This document shows, in pieces, positions 21,014 to 31,046 of a DNA stretch of 64,000 nucleotides (position 1 is the first letter of the stretch; each line of letters begins with the position of its first letter). The notes below the pieces were generated by a model, which was not told where the DNA came from, did no database searches, and saw only the letters and a program-made list of their open reading frames with translations. Source of the stretch: a bacterium (lineage in GTDB: Bacteria; Cyanobacteriota; Vampirovibrionia; Gastranaerophilales; JBAXKC01); NCBI GenBank assembly GCA_037137535.1, contig JBAXKC010000007.1, forward strand, positions 27,037 to 91,036, written 5' to 3'. A program made the position numbers and the translations under genes.

Positions 21014-22020
21014 ACCGCAAAATTATAAGTATCTTCCTTTTTAAGCTGTCTTGTCATAAGTTTTTTAATCACGTCTTCCGGTGAAATATCGGTATAAACA
21101 GCTTCATAGATAACATCTGAAACTGGTGTTTCTATATTTAACTTTTTAGAAAGCTCGCAAACAGCTTTTGTAGTTTTTACACCTTCCGCAACAGAACCAA
21201 GCTCTTTTAAAATATCATCAAGTTTTTTTCCTTGACCTAGTTTATAGCCGACTTGATAATTTCTGCTTAAAGGACTTGAACAAGTTGCTATTAAATCACC
21301 AATGCCCGAAAGACCGTATAATGTACTCGGATTAGCTCCAAGTTCTACGCTAAGTCTTACTATTTCAGCAAGTCCACGAGTTAAAATAGCCCCTCTTGCA
21401 TTATCACCAAGATTCATAGCACTTACAAATCCCGAAGCAATAGCAATTACGTTTTTAAGACTTCCGCCAAACTCTACACCGGCGACATCAGAGTTTGAAT
21501 ACAATCTGAATTTACCTGGGACTGTTAATTTTTGTTGAACTAATTCGGCGGTTTCACTATCTTTAGAAGCAACTGACGCTGCGGTCGGCAAGCCTTTTAA
21601 CACTTCTACAGCTAAAGTAGGTCCTGAAAGAACAACAACAGGATTATCGGGAAGTTCTTGCGATATAACTTCGCTCATTCTGTATAAACCAGGTAATTCG
21701 AGGCCTTTAGAAGTATTAACAAGAATTTGCTTATCTGTTAAGCCTGCTTCTTTTAATTTTTTACAAACATCTCTAACTCCGGAAGTAGCAATAACCATTA
21801 ATATTATTGAAGCATCTTTGATTGCTTCATTCAAATTTGAAGTAAGTTGAACTTTATCTGCAAGTTGCACTTCTACAGGCTTTGAAAGTTTTTTTGTAGA
21901 CTTAAACTCTTCAGTCAAATCCTGTTCTCTTGCCCAGAGTGTAACTTCTTCAAAGTTATCGGTTAAAAGCCTTGTTAATGTTGAGCCCCAAGCACCTGCT
22001 CCAAGAACTGTAAGTTTCAT
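21010..22020 (-). CDS. gpsA: NAD(P)H-dependent glycerol-3-phosphate dehydrogenase
   Basis: GAGAWG, GGSLKNVIAIASG, GDLIATCSSPLSRN. Confidence 0.96.
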   Translation of the reverse strand: MKLTVLGAGAWGSTLTRLLTDNFEEVTLWAREQDLTEEFKSTKKLSKPVEVQLADKVQLTSNLNEAIKDASIILMVIATSGVRDVCKKLKEAGLTDKQILVNTSKGLELPGLYRMSEVISQELPDNPVVVLSGPTLAVEVLKGLPTAASVASKDSETAELVQQKLTVPGKFRLYSNSDVAGVEFGGSLKNVIAIASGFVSAMNLGDNARGAILTRGLAEIVRLSVELGANPSTLYGLSGIGDLIATCSSPLSRNYQVGYKLGQGKKLDDILKELGSVAEGVKTTKAVCELSKKLNIETPVSDVIYEAVYTDISPEDVIKKLMTRQLKKEDTYNFAV

Positions 22021-22032
22021 AACTATTTCCTC

Positions 22033-22656
22033 TTACTTTCTTACTTTATTTTCTGTTCCGGCAATTAAACGCTGAATGTTTTCTCTATGAAGCCATGTAA
22101 TATATAAACCACCGATAAGACAGTAAATAACATAGCTTAAAGGCTGTTTGAACAGCCACATCCACAATGGTGTAAGCAACACAGCGATTATGGATGAAAT
22201 AGATACTATTTTTGTTGAATAGGTGATAATACTCCATAACAAAGCAGTAATAAGCCCAACAGGCCAATAAAGACCGAAAATCGTACCTACTCCTGATGCT
22301 ACGGATTTTCCACCTTTAAATCCAAGAAATAATGATTTACTATGACCAATAATAACTGCAACTGAAGCTAAAACCGGTAATATATGAGAATGTGGGAATA
22401 AATTAAATTTAACTTCAACATATTTTGCCAGTACAACAGGAAGGATTCCTTTAACTGCGTCTATGAACATTACAACGAAAAAGGCCCAAGAGCCAAGTAC
22501 ACGCTTAACATTCGTAGCCCCAGTACTGCCGCTGCCTATTTTTCTTAAATCTTCGCCTTTTAAGGCTCTTACTAGCAAATAACCTGTTGGGAATGCACCC
22601 ATGATATAGGCAATAGCGATAAATATAAGGCTATACCCGATTGAATGAAAATTCAT
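22033..22656 (-). CDS. plsY: Glycerol-3-phosphate acyltransferase PlsY
   Basis: GSGSTGATNVKR, FKGGKSVAS, HRENIQRL..GTE. Confidence 0.96.
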   Translation of the reverse strand: MNFHSIGYSLIFIAIAYIMGAFPTGYLLVRALKGEDLRKIGSGSTGATNVKRVLGSWAFFVVMFIDAVKGILPVVLAKYVEVKFNLFPHSHILPVLASVAVIIGHSKSLFLGFKGGKSVASGVGTIFGLYWPVGLITALLWSIITYSTKIVSISSIIAVLLTPLWMWLFKQPLSYVIYCLIGGLYITWLHRENIQRLIAGTENKVRK

Positions 22657-22856
22657 AAAAACTTCCCTATACTAACTATTCATATACAAATAAGACTATG
22701 ACTCATAAAAACTAAAAATAAGAAGTTAATGATAATATTTCAAATTAGAGCTTTTATAGGTAATACATCAATTTCTTAACTTTTATTCTATCGAAAAATC
22801 AGTTAATATGATACTTTGTTATAGGATTTTTACAATATGAGCTTTTGTTTTTAATT

Positions 22857-23354
22857 ATGAGTAATTTACAGTTTGAAAATGTTTTAGATAATAAATTAAT
22901 TGAGATGGTAGAAGAACTTGCAAAAGAAATCTGGAGCGAACACTATACAGAAATAATCGGCGAAGCTCAAGTAAAATATATGGTTGATAAGTTTCAATCA
23001 CAAAGTGCTATAAATCAGCAAATTCAACAAGGACTAATTTATTACCTCATAAAATATAAAGATAATTATATTGGATATTTTGCCGTAGAGATAAAAAATA
23101 AAGAATTGTTTTTAAGTAAGTTATATATAAAGGCAGAATATCAAAACCAAGGATTAGGAAAACAATCTTTTGATTTTATAGAAGAGCTGGCAAAAGAAAA
23201 AAAATTAATGTTAATTTCTCTTAACGTAAATAAAAACAACATAAACTCAATTAAAGCATATAAAAAATACGGATTTATTATAGTTAATGAAATAATCCAA
23301 GACATAGGCAATAACTTTGTCATGGATGATTATGCAATGCAAAAAATAATATAA
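22857..23354 (+). CDS. GNAT family N-acetyltransferase
   Basis: LSKLYI...QNQGLGK acetyl-CoA motif, NKNN..AYKKYGF. Confidence 0.9.
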   Translation: MSNLQFENVLDNKLIEMVEELAKEIWSEHYTEIIGEAQVKYMVDKFQSQSAINQQIQQGLIYYLIKYKDNYIGYFAVEIKNKELFLSKLYIKAEYQNQGLGKQSFDFIEELAKEKKLMLISLNVNKNNINSIKAYKKYGFIIVNEIIQDIGNNFVMDDYAMQKII

Positions 23355-23528
23355 TATAATTATTAATAAACAAATAAAGGTAATTATATACTTATAAATT
23401 TAAGTATAGATTAGAGAGATTTATTAATTAAAATAGTATTTAAATAGGTTTTAATCTCTTTTAAAAAAGGAATAAGAAAACATGTAATCTTATTTAAGAA
23501 AAATTATTTTGTTTTATATTGGATTGAG

Positions 23529-24866
23529 ATGAGAATGAAAATCAAAGAAAAAGAATTTTTAAAAGCTATAAACTATTTAATTAAACATCAACCTGATCAT
23601 GATCTGCTAATTAGTAAAATAACTGAAGAAATAGGACTATTTTATAATTCCGACAGAGTTGTTTTTTCAAAATATGATGCAGATAATGGAATTTTTATAG
23701 CACCAAATGATTTTTATGAATATCGAAAATCTGAAGCAGTAAAAAGTCTTATAGGAATAAGCATTGAATCACAAGGAAATATTAAATATAAAAACAAATT
23801 AATTGAAAAGAAAAATGTTCTTTACATTAACGATACCCTTAAATCAGCTATTGAAACAATAGATGAAAATCCAAGTCAGTTAGATCATAAAAATGAATTA
23901 GATTTTTTACATTTTTTTAATATCAAAGCAGCGATAGGAACAACTTTTCTTGATGGAAAAGAATTATTGGGAATTATGGCCATTCATTTTCCAGCTTCAA
24001 TTCCTGAACCATCAGAAGCAGATATTAATTTAATAAGAAATCTTAGCGAAATTATCAGCCCTTTATTCAGAAAGGAAAATAAAACTGATTTATTATTTTC
24101 TTCTTTTAATCAAAATATAGCTAAAAATCTTGGTTTAAGCGCAGCTATTTTATATGATTACCTATTAAAAGAAGACAGAAAGTACACATTATTTAAAAAA
24201 AATGATTTAAAAAATATTCTAACAATCAGTATTTTAGATATTAAAAATGCAACCTACCTGTCTAATCCTGAAATAAGAACAGCATTAGAAAAACTTTATG
24301 AACAAGGAATCATTGAGCTTAAAAAGGTTAAAGAAGAAAATGCTGATACCATAAAATTCTTAATTTCACCTGAAAATAAATATATAAATCGCATAAATAA
24401 TGAAAACAAGCTGCAATTACTTTTTGATAATTACATAAAATGCTTTCAACAATCACAGAATAACACTTATCAGATAAACGATATCATTTCATTTAAGACC
24501 TTTGGCTTTAATTTTGATCTTGATGTTGATTTTCATAAATTAATTCAATATTTCTTTAAATCATTTATTCAGAATAAGACGAAAGAACAATCTATTGGAA
24601 GAGAATTAGTTTCTATAATTTTTCAGACGCTTTATATCTTTATAAATGAAAATGATTTAACAACAGCCAATATGATAAAATTGCTTGAAGCCTCTGAGGT
24701 TAATAATACAAAAGACCGAAACAACATTACTAATCTTGATAAGAATATTATCTCTTCACGTTTTTGGTTAATCTTAATTTATAGGTTAAGTATTGCTGAC
24801 ATTAACAGTAATGACAAAGAAATTTATAAAAAAATAATGCAACGACAAACAAAAGAGCTTGTATAA
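23529..24866 (+). CDS. GAF domain protein with probable central winged-helix domain
   Basis: N-terminal EIGLFYNSDRV..LLGIMAIH GAF; FNQNIAKNLGLSAAILYDYL..EIRTALEKLYEQGIIE wHTH-like. Confidence 0.65.
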   Translation: MRMKIKEKEFLKAINYLIKHQPDHDLLISKITEEIGLFYNSDRVVFSKYDADNGIFIAPNDFYEYRKSEAVKSLIGISIESQGNIKYKNKLIEKKNVLYINDTLKSAIETIDENPSQLDHKNELDFLHFFNIKAAIGTTFLDGKELLGIMAIHFPASIPEPSEADINLIRNLSEIISPLFRKENKTDLLFSSFNQNIAKNLGLSAAILYDYLLKEDRKYTLFKKNDLKNILTISILDIKNATYLSNPEIRTALEKLYEQGIIELKKVKEENADTIKFLISPENKYINRINNENKLQLLFDNYIKCFQQSQNNTYQINDIISFKTFGFNFDLDVDFHKLIQYFFKSFIQNKTKEQSIGRELVSIIFQTLYIFINENDLTTANMIKLLEASEVNNTKDRNNITNLDKNIISSRFWLILIYRLSIADINSNDKEIYKKIMQRQTKELV

Positions 24867-24869
24867 AAT

Positions 24870-25811
24870 TTATTTAATATACTTTCTCACAAATTGCCTA
24901 AGAGTATCATTATGCCTTATTTTCAATAGCATAGGCACATATGAATAATCCACTCCTTTATTTTGAGGAGTATTGACTATAAGATGATGCCCATTATCAT
25001 CTGAATGAAGTGTTAAAACAACTATTTCAGGTGGATTTCCAATTCTTACAGGAACTCCGCCTATTCCCGATGAAACAAAAAGCTGTTTTCCATTTTCTGC
25101 AATATGACCTTTCATAAATCTTTGACCATAATCAGAAATAATAAATAAACCGCCCAAATACGGCAAATTAATATGTCCCCCATGCGTATGCCCTGAAAGT
25201 GTTAGAGAAACTGATTTTGGTACTAATGGAAAATAATCGGGGTTATGGCTAAGCAAAATAGTAGGTCTTGATTTTTTTATATACCTTGTTGCTTTTCTAT
25301 AGTCCGGATGTCCCATCCAAAAATCCTCAACCCCAACAATATTAAGCCCTTTACTTTTCAATACCAGTGATTCATTCTCTAGTAAAGGAATATGAGCATT
25401 TTTTATTATTGTTCTTATTATATTGGTGTCATAATCATGATTTCCCATAACTGCAACTACACCGTATTTGGAATGAAAACCTGATAAAATTCTTGAAATT
25501 TTATTTGTATTTATTTTTGATGCTTTTATCGCTAAAGCATCCATATCACCTAAAAGAAAAATCAAATCCGGCTTTTGAGCATTTGCCAGTTGTACTATTT
25601 CTACTAATTTTTCTTCATTTATTGTTGGCGTGCCGATGTGCATATCGGAAATTGCAACAACTTTTAAATTATCAAGGCGATGACTCCAATTTGGCAGAAC
25701 AAGGTCTTTATGAGTAACAACAAGCTTATTCGGCTCAATAAAACGTCCCCAGATAATAGCAACTATCATTAAAAATATTATTATTTTTATTAATTTTAAT
25801 ATTAATTTCAT
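24870..25811 (-). CDS. Calcineurin-like metallophosphoesterase (YkuE/YaeI type)
   Basis: SDMH, LGD, GNHD, SHNPD, SGHTHGG. Confidence 0.93.
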   Translation of the reverse strand: MKLILKLIKIIIFLMIVAIIWGRFIEPNKLVVTHKDLVLPNWSHRLDNLKVVAISDMHIGTPTINEEKLVEIVQLANAQKPDLIFLLGDMDALAIKASKINTNKISRILSGFHSKYGVVAVMGNHDYDTNIIRTIIKNAHIPLLENESLVLKSKGLNIVGVEDFWMGHPDYRKATRYIKKSRPTILLSHNPDYFPLVPKSVSLTLSGHTHGGHINLPYLGGLFIISDYGQRFMKGHIAENGKQLFVSSGIGGVPVRIGNPPEIVVLTLHSDDNGHHLIVNTPQNKGVDYSYVPMLLKIRHNDTLRQFVRKYIK

Positions 25812-25820
25812 ATAATAACC

Positions 25821-27176
25821 TTATTTCTCAAGAACGGCTTTAATTGACTCATGAGCAATATTAACAAGCTTTTCAATTTCTTCTTCGGTAATAATCAAAG
25901 GTGGCATAAAATAAAGAACATTTCCTAATGGTCTGATAATAGCACCTCTTTTTAAGGCTTCTTTGTATATTTGATGACCAATACGGTCTTTTAACGGAAA
26001 TTCTTCTTTTGTTTCTTTATTTCTAACAAGCTCTATTGCACCTACCATACCAATTTGGCGAATATCACCGACATATTTATTATCTTTAAGTTTTTGCATT
26101 TCCTCTTTAAGACGTTTAATTTTTGGCTGTATTGCTTCAATTATTTTATCTTCTTCATATATTTTCGCACATTCGAGAGCAACGCTTGCAGCAAGAGGAT
26201 TCCCCGTAAAACTATGCCCATGATAAAAAGTTTTTTTGTTTTCATAATCATCATAAAAGGCTTTATATATTTTTTCGGTCGTAAGAGTTGCTGATAGTGG
26301 CATATATCCACCTGTAAGACCCTTTGCCACACATACTATATCGGGCACTATTTCAGCATGTTCAAAAGCAAACATTTTACCTGTTCTTCCAAATCCCATA
26401 GCCACTTCATCATCGATAAGAAGAGCATCATATTTGTCGCATAACTCACGAACTTTTGCTAAATACTTTGATGGGTATATTATCATTCCCCCTGCGGCTT
26501 GATTTAAAGGCTCAACAACAACACCGATTATTTCATCAGAATGCTCTTGGAATATTTTCTCCATAGAGCTTATACATTCTACTTTACAAGTATCAGCCTT
26601 TTTTCCCTCAGGACATCTATAACAATAAGGACTTTCAGCTTGACAAACATCAAACAATAAAGGCTTATAAACATGATGAAACAATTCAACACCGCCAACA
26701 GACACAGCTCCAATTGTATCGCCATGATAAGAGTTTTTTAACGCAATAAATTTATTTTTTTGAGGTTTTCCACTCTGAACGCAATATTGATAAGCCATTT
26801 TTAAAGCCACTTCTACGGCAGTAGAACCATTATCAGAATAAAAAACTCTTGTTATGGCTTCAGGCATAAGATTGATAAGTTTCTCTGCCAGTTCTATCGC
26901 AGGCTTATGAGAAAATCCGGCTAATAACACATGTTCAATCTTTTGTAACTGGTTAATTATAGCGTTATTTAATCGTGTATTACTGTGCCCGAGAACATTT
27001 ACCCACCATGAAGAAATACCGTCAATGTATCTATTCCCCTCTATATCCCAAATATAAATACCCTCTCCACGCTCGATTATTATAGGTTTTTCGTCTTTTT
27101 CATAATCTTTCATCTGAGTAAAAGGATGCCATATATATTTTAAGTCTTTATCAATCAATTCAGAGGTTATAGGCAT
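25821..27176 (-). CDS. bioA: Adenosylmethionine-8-amino-7-oxononanoate transaminase
   Basis: IWHPFTQM, SSWWVN, DNGSTAVEVALK, YHGDT, AKGLTGGY. Confidence 0.96.
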   Translation of the reverse strand: MPITSELIDKDLKYIWHPFTQMKDYEKDEKPIIIERGEGIYIWDIEGNRYIDGISSWWVNVLGHSNTRLNNAIINQLQKIEHVLLAGFSHKPAIELAEKLINLMPEAITRVFYSDNGSTAVEVALKMAYQYCVQSGKPQKNKFIALKNSYHGDTIGAVSVGGVELFHHVYKPLLFDVCQAESPYCYRCPEGKKADTCKVECISSMEKIFQEHSDEIIGVVVEPLNQAAGGMIIYPSKYLAKVRELCDKYDALLIDDEVAMGFGRTGKMFAFEHAEIVPDIVCVAKGLTGGYMPLSATLTTEKIYKAFYDDYENKKTFYHGHSFTGNPLAASVALECAKIYEEDKIIEAIQPKIKRLKEEMQKLKDNKYVGDIRQIGMVGAIELVRNKETKEEFPLKDRIGHQIYKEALKRGAIIRPLGNVLYFMPPLIITEEEIEKLVNIAHESIKAVLEK

Positions 27177-27246
27177 TTGATATTCCTTTAAGTTGCTTTA
27201 TTCATTAAAAATATAATGAATAACTTTAAATATCAAATCAAACTTA

Positions 27247-27285
27247 TAAAAAACCGTCTCTCTAATAATAGAGAGACGGTTTTTA
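27247..27285 (-). terminator. Intrinsic terminator of the ECF cassette
   Basis: AAAAACCGTCTCTCTA/TAGAGAGACGGTTTTT perfect inverted repeat. Confidence 0.85.
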
Positions 27286-27287
27286 TC

Positions 27288-27830
27288 TTATCTTCTTCCT
27301 TGTTGATTATTTTGCCTGAAGTCTCTCATGTTTTGGTGTTGTTCTTGTCTAAACGCTTGTCTTCCTTGCTGATTGTTTTGTCTGAAATCTCTCATATTTT
27401 GGTGTTGATCTTGTCTAAACTCTTGTCTTCCCTGCTGATTATTTTGTCTGAAATCTTGCATGTTTTGGTGTTGATCTTGTCTGAACTCTTGTCTTCCCTG
27501 TTGATTATTTTGTCTAAAATCTTGCATGTTTTGGTGTTGTTCTTGTCTGAACTCTTGCCTTCCCTGTTGATTATTTTGTCTGAAATCTTGCATGTTTTGG
27601 TGTTGTTCTTGTCTGAATTGTTGTTTTTCCAGTTGATTATTCTGTTTATATTCTTCTCGTTTTTGATTCATCTCTTCTCGATGTTGCATGTATTTTTGTT
27701 GTCTTTCTTCGGGGGATAAATTGGGTCTGTCTTGATTATAAGACGGAGAATCAGAGCTTACCTGACTAAATGCAGAATTTCCAACTAGTAATAATGAACA
27801 GACAAAAGCCGCCGCTAATAACTTTTTCAT
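27288..27830 (-). CDS. Exported Gln/Arg/Asn-rich tandem-repeat protein
   Basis: RBS AAGGGA, signal peptide MKKLLAAAFVCSLLLVGNSAFS, five 22-aa repeats. Confidence 0.8.
   Translation of the reverse strand: MKKLLAAAFVCSLLLVGNSAFSQVSSDSPSYNQDRPNLSPEERQQKYMQHREEMNQKREEYKQNNQLEKQQFRQEQHQNMQDFRQNNQQGRQEFRQEQHQNMQDFRQNNQQGRQEFRQDQHQNMQDFRQNNQQGRQEFRQDQHQNMRDFRQNNQQGRQAFRQEQHQNMRDFRQNNQQGRR
27294..27623 (-). repeat. 66-bp tandem repeat, 5 copies (QEFRQEQHQNMQDFRQNNQQGR)
   Basis: TTTTGGTGTTG core recurs every 66 nt. Confidence 0.92.
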
Positions 27831-27962
27831 GTAAATCCCTTTCATGCTAATCTTTTGCAAATAATTTCAAACAAACACCGAAGCAGATAATAACTTTATA
27901 AGGTTGTAAATAATTTTACGACTTACAACCCTATAAAAGTTTATACCCATTATAAAAAATTT

Positions 27963-28466
27963 TTAATCTTTATTGAAATTATGATGTTCTCCTTTTTCAT
28001 CATGATACTTTTTCATCTCCGCCTTACGCTCTTCTCTGAATTTAGCAAATTGAACTTTTTGATCAGGGGTCAATATTGCTTCAAATTGCTTCATATTTTC
28101 TTCCCTGACTTGTTGCACCTGTTTTCTCATTGCTCTTACTTTTTCTTGCTGTTGAGCTATATCTTGAGAAGGAGCCTTTTGTTCTCTCATTTGTTTTAAT
28201 TTTTGATATTCTGCTTTTAAATTATCAATTAGAGGCTTGATTTTACCTTTAGAAGCTTCTCTCATCGCTTTTGCTTTTTGGGCTTGATCAGGTGTTAAAT
28301 TCAAATAATCTTTAATTTTTGGTCTTTGACATTCTTTATTAAACGTAGATTGAGCTTGAGTATTATCGCTAATTAATAATTTATCAACATTTTGAGCAAA
28401 AGCTCCACTTGAAAATGCAAATAAAGACAAAGCAATTAAAGTTGTTGAAATATAATGTTTTTTCAT
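27963..28466 (-). CDS. Spy/CpxP family periplasmic chaperone
   Basis: Signal peptide; two LTxxQ motifs (LNLTPDQ, ILTPDQ). Confidence 0.9.
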   Translation of the reverse strand: MKKHYISTTLIALSLFAFSSGAFAQNVDKLLISDNTQAQSTFNKECQRPKIKDYLNLTPDQAQKAKAMREASKGKIKPLIDNLKAEYQKLKQMREQKAPSQDIAQQQEKVRAMRKQVQQVREENMKQFEAILTPDQKVQFAKFREERKAEMKKYHDEKGEHHNFNKD

Positions 28467-28487
28467 GAGTTTGAACCCTTTCGTTAA

Positions 28488-28997
28488 TTATAGAAATTCT
28501 TTTAACTCTTCTTTAAGCAATCTTCTGGCTTTAAAGAGTCTTGATTTTATTGTGCCTGCAGGGCAATTTAATTTTTTAGCTATAGCATCATGTGTTAATT
28601 CTTCTATGTCATGAAGAATGACAACTTCCTTGAATTTGGGAGGTAACAAATTGATTGCATTAATTATAGTTTGATGTCTTTCATTCAAAAGTGCTTTCTG
28701 TAAAGGGATGGGCTTATTATCCTTTATCTGATTAAACATTTCTTCATCAGAGCAAGCAAAAGCTTTCTTACTTTTAGTAAAATCCTTACATGTGTTTATG
28801 GTTACAGTTTTTATCCATCCGAGCAAAGAAGTGCTATTTTCTACTTTATGAAAATTTTTCCATGTTTTTATATAGACTGTTTGCTCAATGTCATCAACTT
28901 CATCATCATCAATCGAGTTTTTAAAAAAACCTTTTATAGTAGACCGAACTCGACCGTTATATTCATTGATTACATTTTTTATCGGGGTATCTTTCAT
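28488..28997 (-). CDS. ECF-type RNA polymerase sigma factor
   Basis: DDIEQTVYIKTW, WIKTVTINTCKD, IAKKLNCPAGTIKSRLFKAR. Confidence 0.92.
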   Translation of the reverse strand: MKDTPIKNVINEYNGRVRSTIKGFFKNSIDDDEVDDIEQTVYIKTWKNFHKVENSTSLLGWIKTVTINTCKDFTKSKKAFACSDEEMFNQIKDNKPIPLQKALLNERHQTIINAINLLPPKFKEVVILHDIEELTHDAIAKKLNCPAGTIKSRLFKARRLLKEELKEFL

Positions 28998-29004
28998 ATA
29001 AGCC

Positions 29005-29370
29005 TTATTCTATCTCCAATAATCCATATTGATCAGTTGGTAAGCCCATTGCTTCAACAACAGATGTATCATTAACAGATAACTCCGAGGACTTCGTATG
29101 TTCAATTGCAATTTTATTTACAGAAAAATTATCAAATGCGAAAAAACATAGAAAAATAAGAATTAATGATGCAACAGCCTGTAATTGAACAGAAGGAATT
29201 TTTTTTGATTTTGATTTATTAAGATATGGTTTTACTTCTTTAACAAGAGAAGCTATTTTTTGATCTTCCTCATATTCTTTCCTGCACTCTTCGCAGTCTT
29301 TGATATGAGAGAACAAAACTTCTTCACTCTGAAATAAGTATAACGATTCATATCTATTACATTTTCCCAT
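29005..29370 (-). CDS. Probable zinc-binding anti-sigma factor with TM helix
   Basis: HIKDCEEC (HxxxCxxC) ZAS motif, single TM, adjacent to ECF sigma. Confidence 0.75.
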   Translation of the reverse strand: MGKCNRYESLYLFQSEEVLFSHIKDCEECRKEYEEDQKIASLVKEVKPYLNKSKSKKIPSVQLQAVASLILIFLCFFAFDNFSVNKIAIEHTKSSELSVNDTSVVEAMGLPTDQYGLLEIE

Positions 29371-29404
29371 AATTTTATACCTTTGTTTTCTCCTTCTGAT
29401 AATA

Positions 29405-29431
29405 TAACGATTTGATTTTGAAAAGGGTTCA
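29405..29431 (-). promoter_or_regulatory. ECF-sigma-type promoter
   Basis: TGAACC-N16-CGTTA on the minus strand about 35 nt upstream of the anti-sigma start. Confidence 0.65.
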
Positions 29432-29623
29432 TTTTTTTAATATTTTTTATTTTATTCATTTCAGACAGCTTTTAAAAAGATCCTACAAGTCATTATATGT
29501 TAATTTTATATCAATTACTTATCTATAGATATTAAATCTCCTGATTGAAATATTATTATGATTTAGTTTTAATTAAAGTAATAACCTAAGCTTAATTTAT
29601 AGTATATTTTATAGGTAAAATTT

Positions 29624-30769
29624 ATGAGTTTATTTAAATCTCTTTTAATCACGATAGCTATTTTTATTTTCATTGGATTATTTTGCGTTATAGGTGTTTT
29701 TTTTGATCAAGAGAAAAAATCAGAGAAAACTCTTGCATTAGTTAAAGATTTATACAATAAAGGAAGCTATGAAGAGGTAATAGCTAAAGTTAATGAAACT
29801 CTTCCATTTGCTCATAGAGAAGAATTATTATTTACTAAGTTCGAATCATTAATGGAGTTAGGTAAATTTTATGAAGCCGAAACTCTTTCAAAAGAATTAT
29901 TAAAGCTTAATGCAAAGAACGATAAATGTTATTATTTATTAGGTCTTTTATATTACAATACAGGCGATTTTACAAAATCATCGGAATCATTTAAAAAAGC
30001 CATTGAACTACAACCGAAAAATATTGATTATAAATTAAATCTGGCTAGAATTCTTGCTCAAAATGGTAACTATGATGACGCAATAAAAGTTTATGCACAA
30101 ATAATGAAAGAAGATCAAAGATATGAAGTGGCATGGGCTGAAATGGCTAATACCTATAATACGATAGGGAATAAAAAAGAAGTTTTAAGATTAAGAAAAG
30201 ATGCCGTAAAAAGGTTTCCTAATAATTCGTATGATCACTATATGCTTGGTGTAATTTATGATGAACTGAAAATGAAAAAACAGGCGATTATTTCATTTAA
30301 AAAGTCTATTGATTTGCAACCTGATGCTGATACAGATGCAAAAGACAGATTGGAAAAATTAACAGGAAAGAGTTATAGCGTTACTTTTGGATCACAAGAA
30401 CGAATTCCATATCATGGAATGGGTAATCTTATGCTTATTAATACAAAGGTTAATAATGTAAAGGGGACATTCTTAGTTGACACAGGTGCTATGACTACCG
30501 TACTTTATTCAAGATTTCTTAAAAATAATAATATTAAATTGATTACAAATTCTTTTGGTGTAATAGAAATGGCTAACGGCAAAAAAAGTTTTGCTCCTTC
30601 TACCTATATTGATGTACAGATGGGAAGTAAAAATCTAACAGATATAAGAGCTTATATTTTACCTGATACTAAGAATATGAATATTGATGGAATAATCGGA
30701 ATGAATGTATTGAATAATTTTAGTTTTCAAATAGATTCAGGGAAAAATTCTATATTAATTAATAAATAA
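29624..30769 (+). CDS. TPR-repeat protein with C-terminal retropepsin-like aspartyl protease
   Basis: N-terminal TM, multiple TPRs, FLVDTGA and DGIIGMNVL motifs. Confidence 0.88.
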   Translation: MSLFKSLLITIAIFIFIGLFCVIGVFFDQEKKSEKTLALVKDLYNKGSYEEVIAKVNETLPFAHREELLFTKFESLMELGKFYEAETLSKELLKLNAKNDKCYYLLGLLYYNTGDFTKSSESFKKAIELQPKNIDYKLNLARILAQNGNYDDAIKVYAQIMKEDQRYEVAWAEMANTYNTIGNKKEVLRLRKDAVKRFPNNSYDHYMLGVIYDELKMKKQAIISFKKSIDLQPDADTDAKDRLEKLTGKSYSVTFGSQERIPYHGMGNLMLINTKVNNVKGTFLVDTGAMTTVLYSRFLKNNNIKLITNSFGVIEMANGKKSFAPSTYIDVQMGSKNLTDIRAYILPDTKNMNIDGIIGMNVLNNFSFQIDSGKNSILINK

Positions 30770-30787
30770 TCCTATAACTAAAAAAGT

Positions 30788-30822
30788 AAAAACCCTTTAA
30801 TTAAGAAAATTAAAGGGTTTTT
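30788..30822 (+). terminator. Intrinsic terminator
   Basis: AAAAACCCTTTAATT/AATTAAAGGGTTTTT. Confidence 0.8.
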
Positions 30823-31046
30823 GTGATTTTCAAGCGTATGTAAACCTGTAAAAAAAGTTTAAGGTCTAAATTCATATACTAACTTTTTATATTTCAAGAA
30901 TTAAGTCGATTTATTAATTTTATAAATGAAATTTGCTCCTATAATAAGAATTCAAATTTATAGAACTCTCAAAAAATAAAGTTCAATCCTTATCATGGAA
31001 AATTGGTGCAATTATCATTATTATTTAATCGAGAAAGGAAATTATC

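Noticed and set aside
23355-23528. Very AT-rich gap with short inverted repeats as a possible origin
   Set aside because: No DnaA boxes or iterons; IRs are expected by chance at this AT content
27294-27623. Possible CRISPR array
   Set aside because: Units are contiguous, in-frame and lack unique spacers; no cas genes
27216-27719. 167-aa Leu-rich ORF on plus strand
   Set aside because: Antisense shadow of the 66-bp repeat gene, which has RBS, signal peptide and terminator
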